Of a stretch of 64,000 nucleotides of DNA, positions 9,390-18,231 are shown piece after piece (the stretch's first letter is position 1; every line of letters starts with the position of its first letter). The stretch lies in the IMG/VR virus record IMGVR_UViG_3300020183_000008, positions 32,001-96,000 of that record; one strand, written 5' to 3'. The translations under genes were made by a program, and so were the position numbers. The notes beneath the pieces are model-generated. The model was not told where the DNA came from and did no database searches. It saw only the letters and a program-made list of their open reading frames with translations. The DNA is from a virus.

Positions 9390-10811
9390 TTAACGATTTT
9401 TATCCTTGAGATATCGTTCAGCGGTGTCAAAAGACACAGGCTCCGAAAGAGGGTCGGAAGACTTCTGTTTCTTAGGCTTTACATTATTTTCTGTCGGTGC
9501 ATCTTTCTTCTTTCGAAGCAATTTATAGTTGTCATGATTTCTCAAATCTATGTTTGATTCGTGTTTAACTTGTACATCATCCGAACCTTCGTAATGGAAA
9601 CCTGATTTAGTCACTTTTTCTTTTGGTGGAGGTCTAATTTCAGGTGAAGAGTCGTTAATCGATGATCCGTTTAATACAATAGACTCAATCGTAGGCACTT
9701 CAATTTTGTCAAAAAGCGCATCTTCTGATATGTGAAAAGTTTCATGATGAATCTTTACCGGATTTATTTCAAAAGACAAACCGTTCACTAAACGAGATGC
9801 TTCAAGAATAAGATGTTTTAAGTAAATACCATCGACAGGTTTTTCAATTCGAAGCAAAAGATGGGAGATTGCCAAAAAATCTTTCCCAGAATGAGCCACT
9901 CTCTCCATATCTTCTGAAAATATAAAAGACTCTGAGTTTCTAGCTTTAATTCGGATAGCTTCTAAATCCAACAAAGTATTTAAAACTTTGTCGAATAACG
10001 ATGTGCTATCCATTTTTGAAACCAAACCATCCAAAATGCTAATCACCTTTGCAGGTTCATTTAAAGAGTCGATCAAAGTCAAAATATCTTTAACTTCAGA
10101 TAGATGGAAATAAATTTCGACATCTTCTTTATTGATATTTCTATTGAAGCTAAGGAATTCCATCACGTTCAAAGCATCGCGAATATGAGGAGCGGTAATC
10201 TGCGCTATCAAATGTAACGCATCCTCATCAGCGGTTAGATTTTCTGTCTCAGCTATCTTCTTTAAATGGTTTTTCAACTGATCAGCTCTGACGGGTGTAC
10301 TGTGGATTCTCCAACACCGACTTCGCACCGTTTCAAGCATTTTTTCAGGCTCGTTGGTGCAAAAAATAAAAACGTGGTGAGCTACACCCTCTTCAAGAAT
10401 TTTCAATAAAGCGTTGTAGCCTTGTTTTGTGATATTATGAGCTTCATCAATGTTAGTTACTTTGTAACGTGAGCCTACAGCTTGATAACTCACCTGCTCG
10501 CGAAGAGTTCGTATAGAATCAACATCGCCATTACTAGCTGCATCAATTTCTTGATAGTTGATGTTCTGGTCTTTTTCAAAATCAACGCAAGATGAGCATA
10601 CCCCACAAGGCTCTTGATCTTGTGTCCTATTTTTACAAAGCATCGCTTTAGCAAAAACACGGCTCGCTGAGGTCTTCCCTGAACCAAAAGAACCAGTGAA
10701 AATCAAAGGTACAACGGCACCCCTTTTTAGAATTTCTTTCAAAATGACTATGTTTGATTCTTGCCCAATCAAGTCTTTGAATGTACGGGGGCGGTATTTC
10801 TTCGAAAACAT
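9390..10811 (-). CDS. dnaX: DNA polymerase III gamma/tau-like clamp loader subunit
   Basis: KYRPRTFKDLIGQE, Walker A GSFGSGKT, Zn motif PCGVCSSC, EIDAAS, IDEAH, SRC. Confidence 0.93.
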   Translation of the reverse strand: MFSKKYRPRTFKDLIGQESNIVILKEILKRGAVVPLIFTGSFGSGKTSASRVFAKAMLCKNRTQDQEPCGVCSSCVDFEKDQNINYQEIDAASNGDVDSIRTLREQVSYQAVGSRYKVTNIDEAHNITKQGYNALLKILEEGVAHHVFIFCTNEPEKMLETVRSRCWRIHSTPVRADQLKNHLKKIAETENLTADEDALHLIAQITAPHIRDALNVMEFLSFNRNINKEDVEIYFHLSEVKDILTLIDSLNEPAKVISILDGLVSKMDSTSLFDKVLNTLLDLEAIRIKARNSESFIFSEDMERVAHSGKDFLAISHLLLRIEKPVDGIYLKHLILEASRLVNGLSFEINPVKIHHETFHISEDALFDKIEVPTIESIVLNGSSINDSSPEIRPPPKEKVTKSGFHYEGSDDVQVKHESNIDLRNHDNYKLLRKKKDAPTENNVKPKKQKSSDPLSEPVSFDTAERYLKDKNR

Positions 10812-11887
10812 TATGCTCCAAACACTGTCGTCACAAAGTGTAGGTTATCTTTCTTGTAAACGAAAATCTTACCCTCAGTTTTAAATTCCACAGAGTCTTC
10901 GGTGTCAAGAGAACCGAGGAGTTCAAGAATGAATTTAAAATTCAAAGAGATGTTAAAATTTTCAGGTGATTCACTTTTAACACTGACTCTGCTCCGACCC
11001 GTTTGTTCATTGTAGGCTGTGATTTCCGTTGAATCCGTAAAAATCGAAAACTTCGCCACCGAGTTTTGTTTGTCCGTTGATTTGATCATCTTCAGGGCTC
11101 TCAAAAGCTCAGCCCTCGGAAAATTGACTGATCTTGTCGCAGAGGCAGAAAACGCTGAATCAGGATTCATAAACGGGATATCTGAAAGAGGGGTTCTTAC
11201 CTCATAATTTTCGAAGCAAGCGATCAAGGTGTTTTTCTCAATCGAAAAACCTAGCATCTTCTCAGAAGCCATCATTTTTGCCAAAAAGCAAGGCACAACA
11301 ATTTTTTTACTGATTTTATCTACGCTTTCAAATCCCAACTCAATTTTTGAAGCTCGGTTAGGCTGGATGGCTTTAAAAGTAATCAACTTTTTTTCAGGAT
11401 CGGATGATGAAAGATCAACCGACAAGCCTAACATTTTCGGTTTACTAGGGTCATCACTCATCGTGTGCAAAATCTTCGGTATTTCTTTTGATGAATTAAA
11501 AAGAAACTTGATTTGAGGTGTGGTGGGAGAAATTACATCGATGTCGATGTCCGATGTTTTGATTTCTAACTGAACCTTATTCGATGATACCTTTAGAAGG
11601 TTATCTTCCAAACACATAGAAACTTCACCATTCAGATAATCAAGCGCCCCTAACAATTTTTCAGCCACTATTGTTACAGAACCTTCTTTATCCACTTGGA
11701 AATCGGAGTCTTCTTGTTTGGTATATGTCCAACGGTAATCTGTTTCTCCGTTCGTCGTGACTAAAGAAATAGAATTTTTAGTCGCAGCCAATTTAATGAC
11801 TTTACCGTACTCAGATTTCTCGATGAGACCTTTAGAAACTTTTGCGAGTCCATCTTTGATGATTTCAAACAATACAGTGAAATTCAT
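10811..11887 (-). CDS. dnaN: DNA polymerase III beta sliding clamp
   Basis: 358 aa (three-domain clamp size). N-terminal LVTTNGE...EGSVTIVAEKL and C-terminal ISLNFKFILELLGSL; coupled to dnaX. Confidence 0.8.
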   Translation of the reverse strand: MNFTVLFEIIKDGLAKVSKGLIEKSEYGKVIKLAATKNSISLVTTNGETDYRWTYTKQEDSDFQVDKEGSVTIVAEKLLGALDYLNGEVSMCLEDNLLKVSSNKVQLEIKTSDIDIDVISPTTPQIKFLFNSSKEIPKILHTMSDDPSKPKMLGLSVDLSSSDPEKKLITFKAIQPNRASKIELGFESVDKISKKIVVPCFLAKMMASEKMLGFSIEKNTLIACFENYEVRTPLSDIPFMNPDSAFSASATRSVNFPRAELLRALKMIKSTDKQNSVAKFSIFTDSTEITAYNEQTGRSRVSVKSESPENFNISLNFKFILELLGSLDTEDSVEFKTEGKIFVYKKDNLHFVTTVFGA

Positions 11888-12915
11888 ACTTCGACCTCCG
11901 ATTTAATCTTTTCCTTGGCATCTTCATGAGCTTGTTCCCAAAAGTCACTTTCTTTTTTAGTGCCTCGGATTTCGCTGAATTCATCCACCAATTTTTTAAC
12001 TTTGGTGACTATTTCTTGTAAAGAATTGTACCGTTCAAACAACGCTGATTCTACATCCTCGTGTACGATCTCAGGTTTAAATTTGACTTGCTTCAGAGAC
12101 CAATTTCCACGTGAGAGGGAAACATCCGTTTTTTTTTCATTATCCCTAATCGAAAAATAAAGAGCATCTACCACACGGTCTTTATAACTTGAGAACCATG
12201 CTTCGGTTGGAAGCTCTTGGTCACTTTTAATCGTGATCGTAGAAACACCATCATAAAATTTTGCACTTTGAGCGACCCAGCCGCGCTCAGGCTCGGAAAC
12301 AGACTTGTTCAAAATCCAAGTCAATAACGCGTTTTGATAATTCTCCTTAGTACCTTTTGTCGCAGTTTCGATAGCCTCAGGTGACCAAACAGATAGCTCC
12401 GGCTCAGAAATTGACCTCACGCACTCACAAAAGTGATAAATAAACCCATCAACCTCATGAGCGTTAGTGGCTCCAAGAAACACAAGACCTTCTTGGAAAT
12501 TGAATAGAACCTCGGATACTTTTTCGATGGGTTGAGATTCAGCGTACATGCGCGAAAGAACTTCTTCTTTCGCGTACCTTTTTTCATCTTTCGTAAGTCT
12601 CTTCTTCTTTTTTCCGCTCTCTTGATTCGAAACCATTTGACGTAATTCAGATTTATACAACTTCCTGAAGAGACCTTTAGAAATCTTCTTTTTGTCATGC
12701 CTCAAACCAAAACCTAAAACACCGTTGCTATACGCAACCGAGAAATCGAAGGGATCGTTTATTTTACAGAAGCCAAAAGCCTCCATATCACCTGATCCTT
12801 TGATGTCCTTGATTCTGCCTTTGGATAAGGCGTTTTCAATCTCGACGGGCTTACATTTTTTTAAACCTTCTACTGAAATTACAGTAAAATTTGCTGCTTT
12901 TTTAATCAAACCCAT
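11884..12915 (-). CDS. RdgC-like recombination-associated protein
   Basis: The MGLIK N-terminus, EAFGF, LRHDKKKI, AKEEVLSRM and final EDVESALFER resemble RdgC-family features. Confidence 0.55.
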   Translation of the reverse strand: MGLIKKAANFTVISVEGLKKCKPVEIENALSKGRIKDIKGSGDMEAFGFCKINDPFDFSVAYSNGVLGFGLRHDKKKISKGLFRKLYKSELRQMVSNQESGKKKKRLTKDEKRYAKEEVLSRMYAESQPIEKVSEVLFNFQEGLVFLGATNAHEVDGFIYHFCECVRSISEPELSVWSPEAIETATKGTKENYQNALLTWILNKSVSEPERGWVAQSAKFYDGVSTITIKSDQELPTEAWFSSYKDRVVDALYFSIRDNEKKTDVSLSRGNWSLKQVKFKPEIVHEDVESALFERYNSLQEIVTKVKKLVDEFSEIRGTKKESDFWEQAHEDAKEKIKSEVEV

Positions 12916-13595
12916 CAGAAAATCCCCTTAAAACCAGAGTCATAGCGTTGTGATAAAGTCCGGATAAATCGTTCTCGCCCAACCTTTTTCAATAAGTCGT
13001 TGGCATCTTTTACCCCATCAGAAAAAACGATAGCTTCCATCGAACCTATGTTCATTCCCTTGGATCGCAATTCGGCGGACATTTTATCTTGCATTATCAT
13101 CCCCCACTTGTCTTTGTCTAGGCAGAACCATACAGTTTTTGCATACCTTTTAAGAAACCGTATGTGACCGGATGAAAGTTTGTTGCCCATCAAACTCAAG
13201 ACATTAGGCTTGAAAAGAGAAAAAGAAACAGCATCGAAGGTACCCTCAACGAGAAAGACCTCTTCTGTTTCCCAGATTGATTCGAGCGAGCACCTATTCA
13301 ACCCAAAAAATTGATATCTAGCGTCAGGCATAAACCACTTGTGGTGCCTTTTTTGTTGAAGACTGCGCAATTCAAAACCAACGGGTTGTAGCAAGTCATC
13401 AAATATCGGAAGCAAGATAGCTGTTTCAATCGACCTAGGGATCCCAAAGTCGTTACAATCCTTAAAATTCTTTTTATAGAGCCCGATTTGAAACGGGTCG
13501 CTGTCCGCTACTGTCAATCCTCGCGATGATATGTAATCGCGAAACAGAGCATCATTTTTATTAGAGTGCTTTTCTAAAAATTTATTGAGAGTCAC
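12915..13595 (-). CDS. dnaG: DNA primase catalytic/TOPRIM core lacking the Zn-binding domain
   Basis: YISSRGL, LLPIFD...VGFELR, VFLVEGTFDAVS, CLDKDKWG (DxD) and KDAND. Confidence 0.85.
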   Translation of the reverse strand: MTLNKFLEKHSNKNDALFRDYISSRGLTVADSDPFQIGLYKKNFKDCNDFGIPRSIETAILLPIFDDLLQPVGFELRSLQQKRHHKWFMPDARYQFFGLNRCSLESIWETEEVFLVEGTFDAVSFSLFKPNVLSLMGNKLSSGHIRFLKRYAKTVWFCLDKDKWGMIMQDKMSAELRSKGMNIGSMEAIVFSDGVKDANDLLKKVGRERFIRTLSQRYDSGFKGIF

Positions 13596-13602
13596 AGAAC
13601 CA

Positions 13603-13905
13603 TTATTGACTCATGTAGGGCATCATGGCAACCCCCAACCGCACTAATTCTGTATTTAGTCGATGAGTGATTTCACGGATGACAACATTTTCATCAACGG
13701 CATCTCCGCACAGGATTTTTGCGGAGATACTATCCACAACGTCCGAAACTATTTCAGGAAACACATCTTTTTTGAAGCGATCGGCAACATCCGTGCCTTT
13801 TTTTGGATTCTTCGGATAAGATCTTATGATATGATTCTCTAATCTGAGAAAACCAGACAGCTTGAGAAGACAAGTTTCAACTCTTTTTTCATTCCAACCC
13901 GACAT
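13603..13905 (-). CDS. Hypothetical protein
   Basis: About 100 aa. The ORF track starts at 13911; ATG at 13905 fits a -10 box 6 nt upstream. Confidence 0.55.
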   Translation of the reverse strand: MSGWNEKRVETCLLKLSGFLRLENHIIRSYPKNPKKGTDVADRFKKDVFPEIVSDVVDSISAKILCGDAVDENVVIREITHRLNTELVRLGVAMMPYMSQ

Positions 13906-13910
13906 CTTCA

Positions 13911-13920
13911 TATAATAGCA
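13911..13920. promoter_or_regulatory. Overlapping divergent -10 elements (bidirectional promoter)
   Basis: Plus strand TATAAT at 13911-13916, 6 nt before GTG 13923. Minus strand TGcTATTAT at 13920-13912, 6 nt before ATG 13905. Confidence 0.55.
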
Positions 13921-13922
13921 AC

Positions 13923-14216
13923 GTGTTGGTTTATACTTGTAAAAATAAAGATTGTAAAAAGTACCTGATTAACGGTGATGCACTTTGCAAAGTGATTTCC
14001 GAAAAAGGAGAGGCGTCTCTTGACTTAGAGACAGGTCTCTACACATCCAACGAAAATGAACCTATTTCAGGTCAGGTGCGATGTTTTCACTGTAACAAGC
14101 ACGCCTTGAAAAAAGAAATGTTGTCGCTCGACTGTGAAAAAAGCGAATTGCTGAGGGATCTAGATAACATAGAATCAGAAATTGATAATTTGATGAAGAT
14201 CATGGGGGGTGCATGA
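13923..14216 (+). CDS. Small Zn-ribbon protein
   Basis: CKNKDC ... CFHC; coupled to dnaJ by ATGA overlap. Confidence 0.6.
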   Translation: MLVYTCKNKDCKKYLINGDALCKVISEKGEASLDLETGLYTSNENEPISGQVRCFHCNKHALKKEMLSLDCEKSELLRDLDNIESEIDNLMKIMGGA

Positions 14217-15073
14217 ACCCCTTCGAAATTCTAGGTTTATCCGATGATGTGACACTGGAGCAAATAAAAAAACGCTACAGACAACTGAGTCTGGAACATC
14301 ACCCCGACAGAGGGGGTGACATCGAAAAATTCAGATCAATCACGGATGCTTACTCTTTAATCAACAGTGAGCAAAACTTAAAAAATTACCGTTCTCGAAA
14401 AAATTCTATTTTTTCTTGGGACTCCGATCTTGAATCCTTTTTCGGTGACATGTTCAACGCAAAAAAACCACCTGCTCGCCGCACGATTTACACAGATGTT
14501 TACATTTCTTTCGAAGAATCTTTCACAGGATGCACCAAACATGTTTTTTATCAGGAAGTTAAAACTTGTCGAGCTTGCGGGGGTGTAGGGGCATCATCTT
14601 TTGATCCTCAAGGAAACGTAGTAAAAACATGCAACGATTGTTTAGGAGCCGGGTTTACTAACCAAACTCATCAAGCAGAGTTAAATATACCGCGCAGTGT
14701 CGCGGATGGTCATCAACTTGTAGCCGCTGATGATGTTGTAGCCACAATCCACATCGTTCCTCACGGGGACATGACCCGAAAAGGATTGGATGTGCTATCG
14801 ATGCTAAAGGTTTCTTTAAGAGATGTATTTAATGGAAGCAGGCTGCACCTTCAAACTTTGCATGGTGAAGTCGCATTTGACTTGCCACGGTGTCTCCAAC
14901 CTGACAAGATAATCAGATTAAAGAAAAAGGGATTTTTTGATGTGCGTCGGAACACCTACGGTGACCATTTGTTGACTATAAAACTTGTTATCCCTGAGTT
15001 TTCTGATGAAAATTGTGAAAAGATTGTGAGGTGCTTGGATGAAATCCAAACGAGAGAATCAAAAACTAGCTGA
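14213..15073 (+). CDS. dnaJ: DnaJ-class co-chaperone
   Basis: J-domain with HPD (HHPDRGG), two CxxCxGxG repeats (CRACGGVG, CNDCLGAG) and a C-terminal domain. Confidence 0.92.
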   Translation: MNPFEILGLSDDVTLEQIKKRYRQLSLEHHPDRGGDIEKFRSITDAYSLINSEQNLKNYRSRKNSIFSWDSDLESFFGDMFNAKKPPARRTIYTDVYISFEESFTGCTKHVFYQEVKTCRACGGVGASSFDPQGNVVKTCNDCLGAGFTNQTHQAELNIPRSVADGHQLVAADDVVATIHIVPHGDMTRKGLDVLSMLKVSLRDVFNGSRLHLQTLHGEVAFDLPRCLQPDKIIRLKKKGFFDVRRNTYGDHLLTIKLVIPEFSDENCEKIVRCLDEIQTRESKTS

Positions 15074-15596
15074 AGAGCCTCTTTTCGTACAGTTCCTCAA
15101 TTCTAAAATCGACTACAACGCAGTGGATTCTTTTTTACTGCGGCTTGAATCAATATTCCCAGAACACGAAGACAAGAAGATTGTCAAGGAGCATCGTGAA
15201 TCTTTGAAGGATCATCATTTGGAAGGTTACAAACTTGTCCAAACAAAATTCAAGGATCACATCGATTACATTCTCTCGTACAAAAACTTCGATTCAGGAT
15301 TCTCATCATGGGCTAACTTTTATCTGTCTAGCTTGCGAGAAAACAAAAGCGAGGATAAAAAAGGTAACTTAGAACGCAGGGTAAGAATTGGAGACAAGAA
15401 CGGTGATTGGTTTTCAGGCATCTTGCTCTACAACTTTAGTCTTTTTTGCCGTTACTATGGAACAGATTTGATTCGCAGATGTGACTCGAAAGTGTATTTC
15501 GTTACTCGTTCGAAATGGGATAAATATTGTTCAGATGAATGCAAAAAAGCGAAGTCATGTAAATACTCAACATCTTCTGTTAAGGTAGAAACATGA
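15039..15596 (+). CDS. Hypothetical protein with a C-terminal CGNR-like Zn-finger remnant
   Basis: IRRC...YFV...KYCSDEC. Confidence 0.5.
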   Translation: MKSKRENQKLAEEPLFVQFLNSKIDYNAVDSFLLRLESIFPEHEDKKIVKEHRESLKDHHLEGYKLVQTKFKDHIDYILSYKNFDSGFSSWANFYLSSLRENKSEDKKGNLERRVRIGDKNGDWFSGILLYNFSLFCRYYGTDLIRRCDSKVYFVTRSKWDKYCSDECKKAKSCKYSTSSVKVET

Positions 15597-16696
15597 AAGA
15601 ACTGATGATCTATCTAAAAACAACAGAAACCTGCCAATTAAATTGTAACCACTGTTTTACTAGCGGCTCAAAGGGTCGAAAGATATTCTTCGATCCAGAC
15701 AAGGTGATATCTTTTTTACAAAGATTAAACAAAACTTTCCCGTGCATTGAAAACGGAGGTACGATATCTTTTCACGGAGGTGAGCCTCTAATCGCACCTT
15801 TGGAAGATATCAAAAAAGTTTATCGAACTTGTAAAGATTTATGGAACGATCCAAAAAAACCACAATCCAAAGTCGCTTGGACTTTTCAGTCTAACCTTGT
15901 TTTTCCTTTGACGGATGAAAAGATAGAACTTATCGATGAAGTTACAGAGAAAAGACAATTTGGAACATCATGGGATTCAAAGATCCGTTTCCCAACGCTG
16001 AAAGCAGAACAGTTATGGGAAAAAAATGTTCGCACCCTTGTGGACAGAGGTTACCCTGTCACGGTGATGGTTTCTTTATCAAAACATGCGCTTGAAAAAG
16101 AACCAAAAGAAATCATACAAAAAATGATAGACCTAGGTATCAAATTTATAGCTTTTGAAAGAATAACAAACAACGGCAATGCAAAAATAAATGATGGATT
16201 GACCCCATCGAACAGAGATTTAGATGCCTACATGTTAAAAATGTGGGAACAAACACTCAAGTACAACTACCAAGAAAAAATCCACAACATTCTTTTAGAT
16301 GGTGTGGTCACATCTTTTTTAAACTCCGCTCACACAGGAGAAAGATGTCGAAACTGTGAGCAAAAAATATTTACCTTGAACGCTGATGGAACAATATCAG
16401 GATGTCCAAATTCAGCGGTAGAAAAGCCCTACGCTCAAATCGACTGGAAGATTTACGACATAATCTTTAGCAAAGGTCGGATGAAAGAAATCGCATGTGA
16501 AGCTGTGAGAAACCCGTTGTGCGCAACGTGCGAAGTAAGGGACATCTGTAACGGGGATTGTCATCAGCTCGCGTGGGAAGGTGATATTTGTGCAGCACCT
16601 AAAAGTCTGATGAAAAAAATAAAAACAAATTTACATTCAAACGATTATTATCATCAGTACGATGATTTGCAGAGATTTAAGGAGGCATCTTTATGA
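15593..16696 (+). CDS. Radical SAM/SPASM protein 1
   Basis: CQLNCNHC (CxxxCxxC), FHGGEP, and SPASM cysteines RNC...GCP...CATCEVRDICNGDC...C. Confidence 0.93.
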   Translation: MKELMIYLKTTETCQLNCNHCFTSGSKGRKIFFDPDKVISFLQRLNKTFPCIENGGTISFHGGEPLIAPLEDIKKVYRTCKDLWNDPKKPQSKVAWTFQSNLVFPLTDEKIELIDEVTEKRQFGTSWDSKIRFPTLKAEQLWEKNVRTLVDRGYPVTVMVSLSKHALEKEPKEIIQKMIDLGIKFIAFERITNNGNAKINDGLTPSNRDLDAYMLKMWEQTLKYNYQEKIHNILLDGVVTSFLNSAHTGERCRNCEQKIFTLNADGTISGCPNSAVEKPYAQIDWKIYDIIFSKGRMKEIACEAVRNPLCATCEVRDICNGDCHQLAWEGDICAAPKSLMKKIKTNLHSNDYYHQYDDLQRFKEASL

Positions 16697-17469
16697 GCGA
16701 AGTAATTACAAAAAGAGTGAAAGCTCCTCTGAGTGTTGATGAAATGAAGGATGCTTTTCTTAATAAAGCCGACAGAGACGCAGGTAAAATCAAATATATC
16801 GTTGATTACGTAAACAGCACTATCAAAGGTGATATTCTCCTTCAATATCTATCAAACCTCGAAATTCAAGCGGATTTTGATTTTACAGGAACATCTAAGC
16901 AAGAGAGATTCGACTTTCTTTTGACTTACTTCAAGATGAAAACAATCATCAAGAATAAAGATCTTAATTATGCTGCGAGTGCAGTCGTACTTCGAAGTAA
17001 AGATTTTTCAGGTGAATTCCTGAAGCAAGACTTTCTGACCAATGAAGAGGTCGATGAATTTTATACTTTGCACAAAAATTTAGTGGATAAATGGTCTTTG
17101 ATTGTTGATTCAAGTCTATTGCTATTGATTAGAGTTTCATCACCTCAAACAAGTTTGGATGCATACGAAGATATTTTGGATCCAAATTACTGCGGTGTTA
17201 ATTTTGTCAATCTTTACAATATTTCAGGTTTCTTCAATATTTTTACATCACGCCCTGCAATAAGTGAATTGAAATGGTTCACACACCAGTTCGAAAATTT
17301 TGCTTTTAATAATCAACTCCTATTCAAAATAATCAGCGATTCTGATGAGAGTTTCTTATCATCTTTTAATATGATGCGAGCGACTTTAAATGAGACTTTC
17401 TCAAAAGAATTTTTAGACCAACTAGATCAAGAATTTGATAAATTAGGAAAAGAAAATGCTATTACCTAA
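16693..17469 (+). CDS. Hypothetical accessory protein of the radical SAM locus
   Basis: 258 aa, ATGA-coupled to rSAM1, with GGAGG RBS. Confidence 0.65.
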   Translation: MSEVITKRVKAPLSVDEMKDAFLNKADRDAGKIKYIVDYVNSTIKGDILLQYLSNLEIQADFDFTGTSKQERFDFLLTYFKMKTIIKNKDLNYAASAVVLRSKDFSGEFLKQDFLTNEEVDEFYTLHKNLVDKWSLIVDSSLLLLIRVSSPQTSLDAYEDILDPNYCGVNFVNLYNISGFFNIFTSRPAISELKWFTHQFENFAFNNQLLFKIISDSDESFLSSFNMMRATLNETFSKEFLDQLDQEFDKLGKENAIT

Positions 17470-17635
17470 AAAACAATATGACGATCGCCTTAAAATATGC
17501 GCATCTTGCCCAAATTACATAAAAGTGCTTGGCATTGGTAGGTGTAAAATTTGCGGTTGCATTATGGCTGTTAAGGCTAAAATATCAGCTACAAAATGCC
17601 CTATCGAAAAATGGGACAAAAAGGGAGAGATGTAA
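17456..17635 (+). CDS. Small Cys-rich protein (DUF6171-like), missed by the ORF track
   Basis: Hand translation, 59 aa: MLLPKKQYDDRLKICASCPNYIKVLGIGRCKICGCIMAVKAKISATKCPIEKWDKKGEM. Its TAA overlaps the next ATG (TAATG). Confidence 0.8.
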   Translation: MLLPKKQYDDRLKICASCPNYIKVLGIGRCKICGCIMAVKAKISATKCPIEKWDKKGEM

Positions 17636-18225
17636 TGGCTACAGTAGGTGCAACCATCACAAGAACTACAATGAAAGATGATGGTAATTCTATACCGAAT
17701 GATCGCAACCCTCGCGCAGTGTGGTTTAGAGAGTCGAATGGAGTTCCTGTCGCTAACCCCCAAGGTGCTTGGAACTATTTCACGCCTGCGACCAACACAG
17801 AAAGATGCGCAGTTTATTTAGGTTATAAAGTAGCTACTTATAGCGAGGCTAACTACGGAGCCGCACAATCCCTCATTACAGCATCCACGATTGTAACAAA
17901 TTTCAGAGAATTAGCTAAAAGATGCACACGGTTTCAATATTTACAACATGGCGCTCAAACCAGGTCTTGTACGACTCGTTTTGACATAAATTTCGGTAAC
18001 CGTATCATAGCTAGAGATGTAGAAAATGCTAGTTTGAATTCCCAGATAGATACAATCACAGGTCCGGCGACCGGATCTATTATTTCAGCATCAGCCTTGA
18101 ATGCTTTTGTGACAAACTTGAATAACAAAGCAGCGGAATCTCTAAATATACAAAATTACTGTGACCACACTTTTTGCCACTGCTCATGTCACTCTAGTTG
18201 TCACGCTAGTCGAGCTCGACGATAG
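17635..18225 (+). CDS. Candidate radical SAM substrate: 196-aa protein with C-terminal (C-H-x-S)3-RARR tail
   Basis: Ends CDHTFCHCSCHSSCHASRARR. Start reassigned from 17596 to 17635 (AGGGAG RBS, TAATG coupling). Confidence 0.75.
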   Translation: MATVGATITRTTMKDDGNSIPNDRNPRAVWFRESNGVPVANPQGAWNYFTPATNTERCAVYLGYKVATYSEANYGAAQSLITASTIVTNFRELAKRCTRFQYLQHGAQTRSCTTRFDINFGNRIIARDVENASLNSQIDTITGPATGSIISASALNAFVTNLNNKAAESLNIQNYCDHTFCHCSCHSSCHASRARR

Positions 18226-18231
18226 GAATTT

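Noticed and set aside
9390-10811. Programmed -1 frameshift in dnaX (tau/gamma)
   Set aside because: I found no convincing A-AAA-AAG slippery site with a downstream hairpin by eye.
17596-17634. ORF-track start of the CHxS protein at 17596
   Set aside because: This stretch is the 3' end of the 59-aa Cys-rich gene; the RBS and TAATG coupling support 17635.
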